NCBI RefSeq assembly: GCF_900289195.1
Contig: NZ_OMOH01000002.1
Location: 271,206-303,205 of the forward strand
Direction of reading: 5' to 3'
Origin: Propionibacterium ruminifibrarum
GTDB taxonomy: Bacteria > Actinomycetota > Actinomycetes > Propionibacteriales > Propionibacteriaceae
Length of the DNA stretch: 32,000 nt
The notes beneath the pieces are model-generated. The model saw only the letters and a list, made by a program, of their open reading frames with translations, was not told where the DNA came from and did not search any database. Position 1 is the stretch's first letter. The number at the start of each line of letters is the position of its first letter. The translations under genes were made by a program, and so were the position numbers. Shown here piece after piece: positions 26,101 through 32,000 of the stretch.

Positions 26101-27151
26101 GCACGCTGGCGGGCAGGGCCGCGATGAGGGCCTGGGCGGGGAAGGGCCGGTACAGCCGCACCTGGGCGACACCCAGCCGGGCTCCGGCGGCGTTGAGGGT
26201 CTCGACCGTCTCGCGGACGGTCGCCCCGCCCGAACCCATGATGACGATGACATCCTCGGCATCCGGGGCGCCGACGTAGTCGACCAGGTGGTACTGGCGT
26301 CCGCAGCGGGCGGCCAGCTCGTCCATGACCTCCTGAACGACCCCTGGCGTCACATCGTAGAAGGGGTTGACGGCCTCACGGGCCTGGAAGTAGACGTCGG
26401 GGTTCTGCGCCGTGCCGCGCAGCTGGGGGGCGTCGGGGGTCAGCCCGCGCTCGCGGTGCGCCAGGACGTCCTCCTCACGGACGAGCGCGGCGAGATCCTC
26501 CTTCGTGAGGGTGTCGATGGTGTTGATCTCGTGGCTGGTGCGGAAACCGTCGAAGAAGTGCAGGAAGGGCACGCGGGTGCGCAGCGTCGCGACGTGCGAG
26601 ACGGCCGCGAAGTCGTGCGCCTCCTGCACGTTCGATGCGCACAGCATGGCCCAGCCGGTCTGTCGGCAGGCCATGACGTCGGAGTGGTCGCCGAAGATCG
26701 ACAGCGCGTGCGTCGCGATGGCGCGGGCGGCGACGTGGATGACGGCCGGGGTGAGTTCACCGGCGATCTTGTACATGTTCGGGATCATGAGCAGCAGCCC
26801 CTGGGAGGCCGTGAAGGTCGTGCCCATGACGCCCTTGGTGACGGCCCCGTGCAGGGCACCGGCCGCACCGCCCTCGGACTGCATCTCGACGACATCGGGC
26901 ACCCCGCCCCAGATGTTCGTCCGCCCCGCGGCGCTCCAGGCGTCGCAGCTCTCGGCCATCGCCGAACTCGGGGTGATCGGGTAGATCGAGATGACCTCGC
27001 TCATCGCGTGGGCGACCCGGGCCGCCGCCTCGTTGCCGTCCATGGTCTCGCGACAGCCCTGCGGCTGGGGCGCGCCTGAAGCGCCTGCCCTGGTGGGCAC
27101 CGCCTGGTCAATGGTCCCCGCCGAACCGGCGGGACGGGCATACGTGGTCAT
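23153..27151 (-). CDS. nifJ: pyruvate:ferredoxin (flavodoxin) oxidoreductase, single-polypeptide type, with extended C-terminus
   Basis: The track ORF runs to 27643. I trimmed it to ATG 27151 (MTTYARP...), which has GAAGGAG 7 nt upstream. Motifs: MDGNEAAARVAHAMSEVISIYPITPSS, two ferredoxin-type clusters CIDCGKCAIACP and CTGCSICVDVCP, and the TPP motif GGDGWAYDIGYGGLDHV. The product is about 1332 aa. Confidence 0.93.
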   Translation of the reverse strand: MTTYARPAGSAGTIDQAVPTRAGASGAPQPQGCRETMDGNEAAARVAHAMSEVISIYPITPSSAMAESCDAWSAAGRTNIWGGVPDVVEMQSEGGAAGALHGAVTKGVMGTTFTASQGLLLMIPNMYKIAGELTPAVIHVAARAIATHALSIFGDHSDVMACRQTGWAMLCASNVQEAHDFAAVSHVATLRTRVPFLHFFDGFRTSHEINTIDTLTKEDLAALVREEDVLAHRERGLTPDAPQLRGTAQNPDVYFQAREAVNPFYDVTPGVVQEVMDELAARCGRQYHLVDYVGAPDAEDVIVIMGSGGATVRETVETLNAAGARLGVAQVRLYRPFPAQALIAALPASVRRIAVLDRTKEPGSAGEPLFADVVMAVAEAAEHFTGGLPQVTGGRYGLGSKEFTPAMAKAVFDDLAGPERHRRFTVGIDDDVTKLSLPVDENFQITPEGLTAVFYGLGADGTVGAAKNSVKIIASEPGRYAQGYFVYDSRKSGATTVSHLRFGSEPIDAPYLVDEADFVAVHQFEMLEKMRTLDLAKPGATVLINSPYGADTWDRLPEDIQRIITERGLDLWVIDATQVAHEAGLGQRINTVMQPCYFYLSGVMDRDDAIARIKESIEKTYLSKRGRIIVERNFKAVDAAIDNMIRITPGEEFSGLARMKPLPDEAPDFVQRVTGAMLRGDGDRLPVSLLPVDGTWPIATSRYEKRGIAEEIPIWDESLCIDCGKCAIACPHAAIRIKVAPAEEFDDAPEGFKSKNYRDRKLTDHRLVVQVAPDDCTGCSICVDVCPAKSKTEVKHKAINMEPRRDHLETERTNYDYFLGLPEIDRTKVRHDQVKGVAQLQPLFEFSLACSGCGETPYIRTLTQLFGDRMLVANATGCSSIYGGNLPTAPYAMDPHGRGPAWSNSLFEDNAEFGLGMRLAWEQQHNEARRLVGELPGLDPDLVSALLGADMSQEQGVIDQRERVAQLKKALEGRSDAAAVRLASLADELVEKSVWIIGGDGWAYDIGYGGLDHVLASGRNVNILVLDTEVYSNTGGQASKATPRGAAAKFAAKGKGGAKKDLGLIAQAYGDVFVAQVSMGANQQQTVRALLEAQAWPGPSLIIAYATCIAHGIDMGTSMTHQAEAVSSGYWPLYRFRPSEDEHAVPLHLDSKAPTGRIGDFMAKEARFAMLKRSNPERAAELEKLAQADADERWRYYSQVAGIERALPTGRSQDQDPERKDGDVVARPAMRANPDGDAARANRPQATAAGGARGPADGTAQESGARPSKEERAAAIAARRARLAAERAAAGGGSTEESGARPSKEERAAAIAARRARLAAERAAQAEREDSE
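23184..23370 (-). repeat. in-frame tandem duplication inside the nifJ 3' end (two 82-bp copies, 105-bp period)
   Basis: 23184-23265 and 23289-23370 are identical at 80 of 82 positions, with 70 consecutive identical bases at 23196-23265 / 23301-23370. They encode two copies of ESGARPSKEERAAAIAARRARLAAERAA. Confidence 0.95.
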
Positions 27152-27368
27152 ACCGAACTCCTTCTGCCCCCCCAGAATCCCACAGATCCCAAATCGGTCC
27201 GTATCTCGCCGGGGAGCGTGCGAGACGGCCTCACACCAGCCGGTGCTCACCCGTGATGACACGCAGCCGAGCCTCAGCGGACGAATCGGGCGCGAGGCCC
27301 CCGACGGAAGCGTCTCGGCCGCCCGTTCCCGCTTTCCGAGCCCGCCCGCGTGGACTAACCTGCCCAAC
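27152..27368. promoter_or_regulatory. divergent intergenic region between nifJ and the DUF2207 gene (must carry both promoters)
   Basis: This is 217 bp of non-coding DNA between divergent starts. The role is inferred from gene arrangement only, and I cannot assign hexamers. It contains a short direct repeat, ATCCCAcagATCCCA, near 27175-27192. Confidence 0.35.
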
Positions 27369-29183
27369 GTGACCGTCTTGCCCGTCCACGGCGGTGCGCC
27401 CCGTTCACGCTGGGCGCGGCTGCTTGGTGTCCTGTGGTCGTCGCTCCTGGTGAGCACGGTGCTGCTCGCCGGGGTTCCCGCACGCGCCATGGCTGCTCCA
27501 CGCCCCGACTCCGGGCGCGTCGTGAGCATGGACGAGCGCATCGAACTCGACGAGCGGGGCGTCGCGCGGGTCCGCGCCGAGCTCGTCTTCGACGCCGGCC
27601 AGACGCCCCTCGACGGCCCCGTCATCCAGATGCCGCGCCGCATCAGGGTCGCCGATGACGACGGCCCCCAGCGCTACCGCATGATCGGGACCAGCGACGT
27701 GAACGTCACGAGCTCCAGTGGCGCGAACACCGAGCTGCGCATGGACAGAACACTGGACAAGCGCATCTACAGCATCGGCAGCCGCACCGCGAGGGTCACC
27801 GGCGTTCAGCGCTACACGATCACGATGACCGTCTCGGGGCTCCTCACCCCGGGCAACGAGCTGGACACGTTCTCCTGGCCGATCATCCTCGACGGCGGCC
27901 CCGCCTGGGACCGGTTGACAGCCGTCGTCATCGCCCCGGCGGCCTCGCGCGATGACGGTTGCAGCTCGTCCGGCACCGCAACCTGCCAGACCTTCGCCTC
28001 GGGCACCGTCACCCGCTTCTCGGCCCGGGACGTGGCGGCCGGGGACACCCTGACCATCCAGACCCACTACCCGCAGGACTCCTTCCAGGACGTCGACGAG
28101 TCGTACACGACCGTCAAGACTCTGGCCGATCGCTTCCCCCTGGACGGCCCCGACCTCATCGGCGCGGTGGTGATCCTCGTCGTCGGTTTCGGAGCCGTCC
28201 TCGCCTATGTCGTCCTGGTCAGCCGCGACCACCGCTGGGCCAGCCCGGTCCCGGGCACCATTCCCCCGCCCCCGGGCACCCGGGTCGTGCGCGGTGTCGC
28301 CCGTCACGTGCCGCAGCGCTCCAGCCCGCCCGACGCCCGCCCGGCCGAGGTGGGCATGCTCATCGACGCCCGGCCCGAGTTCTCCCACATCACCGCGACG
28401 ATGCTCGACCTGGCCGTGCGCGGTTTCTTGACGATTCACCGCGAGGAGGATCACGCCTGGACCTTCCGGCGCACCACCAAGGAGGCCGGTTCACTGGAGA
28501 TGTACGAGCGGACGGTGCTGAAGAAGATGTTCCCGAAGGTGAAGGGGCGCATCGTCACCGTCACCAGCACCCAGCAGATCTGCAACACCAAGGGCGGCTT
28601 CCTCACCACCATGGAGGGCATCGAACGACGCATGAGCGAGCTCGGCTGGTTCCGGGTGGCGCCGAACAAGGCACGCACCCGCTGCCGCGCGGTCGGCACG
28701 ATCGTCGGTCTGAGCGGTCTGCTCTCGGTCGTCCCCCTCGCGGGCCTGTTCGGCCTGGGCCTGTGGTCGGTGGCGATCACCATGATCGGTCTGCTCATCC
28801 TGGCCATCATCCCGTTCATGCCCTCGCGCACCCCGGTGGGCAGCGCGGTGCGCGAACAGGCGCAGGGCTTCCGCTCGTTCCTGGCCGACCTCGACCCCGA
28901 CAGCGTCGACTGGGTGGAGTCCGGCAACATCTTCGGCCGCTACCTGCCGTGGACGGTCACGTTCGGTGTCTCGAAGGCCTGGATCGATCGTTTCCAGGAA
29001 CTCACCGACGAGGGCCGCTACCGGCCGAAGTTCATCTGGTATGAGGGATTGTCGGCCTCCCCCCGGCGTGACCAGGGCGAGCTCGAGGCGCTCAACCACT
29101 TGGTGTCCGACTTCTCGTTCGCGCTGGCCCTGGCTGCGCGCTACGCCTCGACGGGTTTGGCGGAGGACGGCAGCACCCCGTAG
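27369..29183 (+). CDS. DUF2207 domain-containing membrane protein
   Basis: Trimmed to GTG 27369 so the N-terminus carries a signal or anchor sequence (RWARLLGVLWSSLLVSTVLLAGVPARAMA). An extracytoplasmic domain follows, then a TM helix and the segment PPDARPAEVGMLID...ATMLDLAVRGFLTI. The C-terminal part has a TM cluster and then AQGFRSFLADLD. Confidence 0.75.
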   Translation: MTVLPVHGGAPRSRWARLLGVLWSSLLVSTVLLAGVPARAMAAPRPDSGRVVSMDERIELDERGVARVRAELVFDAGQTPLDGPVIQMPRRIRVADDDGPQRYRMIGTSDVNVTSSSGANTELRMDRTLDKRIYSIGSRTARVTGVQRYTITMTVSGLLTPGNELDTFSWPIILDGGPAWDRLTAVVIAPAASRDDGCSSSGTATCQTFASGTVTRFSARDVAAGDTLTIQTHYPQDSFQDVDESYTTVKTLADRFPLDGPDLIGAVVILVVGFGAVLAYVVLVSRDHRWASPVPGTIPPPPGTRVVRGVARHVPQRSSPPDARPAEVGMLIDARPEFSHITATMLDLAVRGFLTIHREEDHAWTFRRTTKEAGSLEMYERTVLKKMFPKVKGRIVTVTSTQQICNTKGGFLTTMEGIERRMSELGWFRVAPNKARTRCRAVGTIVGLSGLLSVVPLAGLFGLGLWSVAITMIGLLILAIIPFMPSRTPVGSAVREQAQGFRSFLADLDPDSVDWVESGNIFGRYLPWTVTFGVSKAWIDRFQELTDEGRYRPKFIWYEGLSASPRRDQGELEALNHLVSDFSFALALAARYASTGLAEDGSTP

Positions 29184-29204
29184 GGGATTCGCGCGGGACC
29201 GGTT

Positions 29205-30116
29205 TCAGCCCGCCGGGGCGAGCAGCCGGGGAAGCACCTGCGTCAGGGGCTCGTCTAGGCGGATGTCGGCCAGCTCATCGGCCCTCGTCGCCCCGTGGTT
29301 GATGATGACGACGGGTTTTGCGGCCCTGGCCATGGCCCGGACGAAACGCAGCCCCGACATGACCGACAGGCTCGACCCGGCCACGAGCATCACCTCGGCG
29401 GCGTCGCACCAGGCGAAGGCGGAGGCCACGCGGGCCCTGGGCACCGGCTCCCCGAAGAAGACGACGTCGGGCTTGAGCAGGCCACCGCACCAGGGGCAGT
29501 CCGGGACGACGAAGTCCTGCCAGGCCTCGACCTCTGCGTCGGCGTCGGGGCGCAGCTCGGCCTGCACGACACCGCCATCGGGCGACACCGCCGGGTTGAG
29601 TTCGGCCATGCGCTCCTGCAGGCCCCGGCGGGCCATGATCCGCCCGCAGCCCAGGCACACCACGTCGGCGCTGCGTCCGTGCAGGGTGATGAGCTGCCGG
29701 CTGCCGGCGGCCTCGTGCAGCCCGTCGACGTTCTGGCTGATGATGCCGATCATCGGACCGACCGTGTCCTGGTGCTCCCAGCGGGACAACGCGTGATGCG
29801 CCTCGTTCGGCACGGCCCGGTCGAGACTGGCCCAGCCCTGGAAATTCCGGGCCCAGTAGCGCCGCCGGGTCGCCGGATCGGAGATGAAGTCGCCGTACAG
29901 GATCGGTGTGGCGCGCACCGCATGGGGCCCCCGGTAGTCGGGCACACCCGAGGCCGTGCTCATGCCCGCACCGGTCAGGACGACGGCCCGCCGACCGCTG
30001 AGCAGCTCACGGGCCTGCTCCCAGGTGCCGTGCACATGGGTGGAGGGCCGCCAGCTGCTCGTCGCCTGGCGCGCGTGGAGCCGGATCCCGGCCGTCGGTG
30101 CATCGGTCACGCCCAC
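29205..30116 (-). CDS. NAD-dependent protein deacylase, Sir2 family (class II/SIRT4-like motif pattern)
   Basis: 303-aa ORF with a GTG start. Motifs: VVLTGAGMSTASGVPDYRGP, QNVDGLH, ITLHG (catalytic His), and a Zn ribbon formed by CLGCG and CPWCGG. Confidence 0.88.
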   Translation of the reverse strand: MGVTDAPTAGIRLHARQATSSWRPSTHVHGTWEQARELLSGRRAVVLTGAGMSTASGVPDYRGPHAVRATPILYGDFISDPATRRRYWARNFQGWASLDRAVPNEAHHALSRWEHQDTVGPMIGIISQNVDGLHEAAGSRQLITLHGRSADVVCLGCGRIMARRGLQERMAELNPAVSPDGGVVQAELRPDADAEVEAWQDFVVPDCPWCGGLLKPDVVFFGEPVPRARVASAFAWCDAAEVMLVAGSSLSVMSGLRFVRAMARAAKPVVIINHGATRADELADIRLDEPLTQVLPRLLAPAG

Positions 30117-30207
30117 CAGGGTAGCCCCGCGCCCCCGTCGCTCATCCGGACGCCGGGGCGGGCGGGGCGCGCGAGGCCCGGGTCACCGGGCGCGAGTGAC
30201 CGGTGCG

Positions 30208-32000
30208 TCAGACGCGGGCCCACTCGGGGCCGGTGGCTGCGAGCTCCTCGTCCAGCTTGCGGAACAGCGGCACCGGTTTGCTCAGCGGAGTACCGGCCGC
30301 GACGGGCCGGGAGGCCCACACCGCCTGCTGGCTGGCGTAGTCGCCCGTGAGCACCGGGTAGCCGTGGCCGGCCTCGCCGTCGTCCTCGGCGACGTGCTCG
30401 ATCCGGGGCTGGGCGGCCCAGACGCCCTCACCGCCCAGCATCTCGAAGACCTTCTGCGCGGCGTGCGGCATGAAGGGCGTGAGCAGCGTGTTGGCGTCCT
30501 GGACCACCTGCAGCGCGGTGTTGAGGACGGTGTCCCGCCGGGCGGGATCGTCCTTGAGCTTCCAGGGCTCCTGCTGGGAGATGTACTGGTTGGCCAGGCC
30601 CACGATGCGCATGGCCTCGGTGATGGCGGCCTTGAACCGGCACTGCTCGATGAGGCCGCCGACGGTGCCGAAGGCGTCCTGGGCGGCGTCGAGCAGCTCC
30701 TGGTCGGCCCGGGTGCGTTCACCGGCCTCGGGGATGGCGCCGTTGTTCTTGAAGGCCATCGAGATCGAGCGGTTGACGAGATTGCCCCACTCGTTGGCCA
30801 GTTCGTTGTTGTTGCGGCGGACGAACTCGTCCCAGGTGAAGTCGGTGTCCTTGTTCTCGGGCCCGGCCACGGCGATGTAGTAGCGCAGCGTGTCGGGGCC
30901 GAACTCGCGGAGGAAGTCGCCGACGTAGATGACCACGCCGTGGCTCGTGTCGACCTTCGAGCCCTTCATCGTGAGGAACTCGCTGGAGACGACCTCGGTG
31001 GGCAGGTTGAGCGCGCCGAGTTCGGCGCTGCGGGTTCCGCCGCGGCTGCCCTCCCCGTTGAGACCGAGCAGCATGGAGGGCCAGATGACCGAGTGGAAGA
31101 CGATGTTGTCCTTGCCCATGAAGTAGTAGGAGCGGGCCTGCGGGTCCTGCCACCAGGCCTTCCAGGCGTCGGGGTCGCCGGTGCGCCGGGCCCACTCGAT
31201 GGAGGCGGACAGGTAGCCGATCACCGCGTCGAACCACACGTAGATGCGTTTCATGTCCTCGTCCTGCCAGCCCTCGACCGGCACCGGGACGCCCCAGTCG
31301 AGGTCGCGGGTGATGGCGCGGGGCTTGAGTTCCTTGGCGAAGTTGTAGCTGAAGTTCAGCACATTCGGCCGCCAGTCGGTGCGCGAGTCGAGCCAGGCCA
31401 TGAGGGCGTCGGCGAGTGCCGGCAGGTCGAGGAAGAAGTGCGTGGTCTCTACGAACCTCGGTTCCTCCCCGTTGATCCTGCTGCGCGGCGAGATGAGGTC
31501 GGTGGGGTCGAGCTGGTTGCCGCAGTTGTCGCACTGGTCACCGCGGGCGCCGTCGAAACCGCAGATCGGGCAGACGCCCTCGACGTAGCGGTCGGCCAGG
31601 GTGCGGCCGGTGCTCGGCGAGATGGCGCCGAGCTGGGTCTGCTCGATGATGTAGCCGTTCGCGTGGAGGGTGCGGAAGATCTCCTGTACCACGTGCTGGT
31701 GGTTGCGGGTCGTGGTGCGGGTGTACAGGTCGTAGCTCAGCCCCAGGCCGGCCAGGTCCTCGACGATGATGCCGTGGTACTTGTCGGCGGTCTGCTGGGG
31801 TGTCAGGCCCTCGGCCTCGGCCTTCACCTGGATCGCCGTGCCGTGCTCGTCCGAGCCGGACACCAGCAGCACCTGGTGACCCGCCATGCGCATGTAACGC
31901 GCGAAGACGTCGGAGGGGACGCCGAACCCGGACACGTGCCCGATGTGGCGGGGTCCGTTGGCGTAGGGCCAGGCAGCAGTCGCGAGGATATGGGCGCACA
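30208..32000 (-). CDS. metG: methionine--tRNA ligase (5' end lies beyond the right edge of the window)
   Basis: The frame stays open to the window edge, so the gene is truncated by the window. Translating 31936-31998 gives [20 protein letters not shown], the HIGH motif, upstream of the track's first Met. The zinc knuckle is CPICG...CDNCG. The anticodon-binding region is present and the stop is at 30208. Confidence 0.92.
   Translation of the reverse strand, partial: CAHILATAAWPYANGPRHIGHVSGFGVPSDVFARYMRMAGHQVLLVSGSDEHGTAIQVKAEAEGLTPQQTADKYHGIIVEDLAGLGLSYDLYTRTTTRNHQHVVQEIFRTLHANGYIIEQTQLGAISPSTGRTLADRYVEGVCPICGFDGARGDQCDNCGNQLDPTDLISPRSRINGEEPRFVETTHFFLDLPALADALMAWLDSRTDWRPNVLNFSYNFAKELKPRAITRDLDWGVPVPVEGWQDEDMKRIYVWFDAVIGYLSASIEWARRTGDPDAWKAWWQDPQARSYYFMGKDNIVFHSVIWPSMLLGLNGEGSRGGTRSAELGALNLPTEVVSSEFLTMKGSKVDTSHGVVIYVGDFLREFGPDTLRYYIAVAGPENKDTDFTWDEFVRRNNNELANEWGNLVNRSISMAFKNNGAIPEAGERTRADQELLDAAQDAFGTVGGLIEQCRFKAAITEAMRIVGLANQYISQQEPWKLKDDPARRDTVLNTALQVVQDANTLLTPFMPHAAQKVFEMLGGEGVWAAQPRIEHVAEDDGEAGHGYPVLTGDYASQQAVWASRPVAAGTPLSKPVPLFRKLDEELAATGPEWARV

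Noticed and set aside
24377-27079. 900-aa ORF on the + strand, together with 23499..24995 (-) and 22922..24202 (+)
   Set aside because: All lie within nifJ, either antisense or in another frame. nifJ has unambiguous PFOR motifs along its whole length, and these translations are low-complexity.
27152-27643. 164-codon 5' extension of the nifJ ORF; similar extensions exist for accD5 (14265-15068), ilvE (4805-4984), manC (8884-9027), dps, maf and the DUF2207 gene
   Set aside because: These frames stay open only because stop codons are rare in GC-rich DNA. Homology begins at the internal starts, which also carry Shine-Dalgarno sequences, and the extensions would overlap neighbouring genes or divergent promoters.
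29205-30116. SIR2-domain gene considered as a possible antiphage defence component (Thoeris, DSR or SIR2-HerA type)
   Set aside because: It has the full canonical sirtuin motif set, including the CxxC...CxxC Zn ribbon, and a normal size of about 300 aa. It has no partner genes such as a TIR protein, HerA, pAgo or a large N-terminal domain. This is consistent with a housekeeping deacylase.
1-32000. Scan for tRNA, rRNA, CRISPR arrays, IS elements, integrases and prophage genes
   Set aside because: I found no cloverleaf-like segments in the short intergenic gaps, no spaced direct-repeat arrays and no transposase- or integrase-like ORFs. The only notable DNA repeat is the intragenic nifJ duplication.

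Overview
This is a very GC-rich Actinomycetota chromosome segment, and almost all of it is conserved housekeeping genes. The gene order resembles, from memory, the Mycobacterium tuberculosis Rv3259-Rv3285 block: zincin-like protein, whiB2, manC, an LCP protein, purE/purK, a PH-domain protein, birA, accD5-accE5-maf and accA3. I call 29 protein-coding genes. Left to right they are: a CPBP protease, an FAH-family hydrolase, a CimA-like synthase, ilvE, leuB, a zincin-like protein, whiB2, an orphan membrane protein, manC, an LCP phosphotransferase, purE, purK, a peptidase E-like protein, a TetR regulator, a bPH_2 protein, birA, accD5, accE5, maf, a lipoprotein, nei, accA3, dps, a 2H phosphoesterase, a DHOD-like flavoprotein, nifJ (PFOR), a DUF2207 membrane protein, a class II-like sirtuin, and metG, which is cut by the right edge. 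I see no tRNA or rRNA genes, CRISPR arrays, transposases or integrases. Many long ORFs in the six-frame track are antisense or off-frame shadows typical of high-GC DNA, and several ORFs carry spurious 5' extensions that I trimmed using homology-consistent starts and Shine-Dalgarno sequences. I found no clear new multi-gene system. The points most worth a second look are: (1) a PFOR with a ~130-aa C-terminal tail that contains a near-perfect 105-bp-period tandem duplication; (2) the translationally coupled PFOR-DHOD-like pair, in which the second protein lacks the DHOD catalytic motif; (3) an intact CimA/LeuA-family gene whose universal metal and catalytic motifs are substituted; (4) a BirA with a non-canonical biotin-binding loop. 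All functional calls come from motif recognition by eye and no searches were run.
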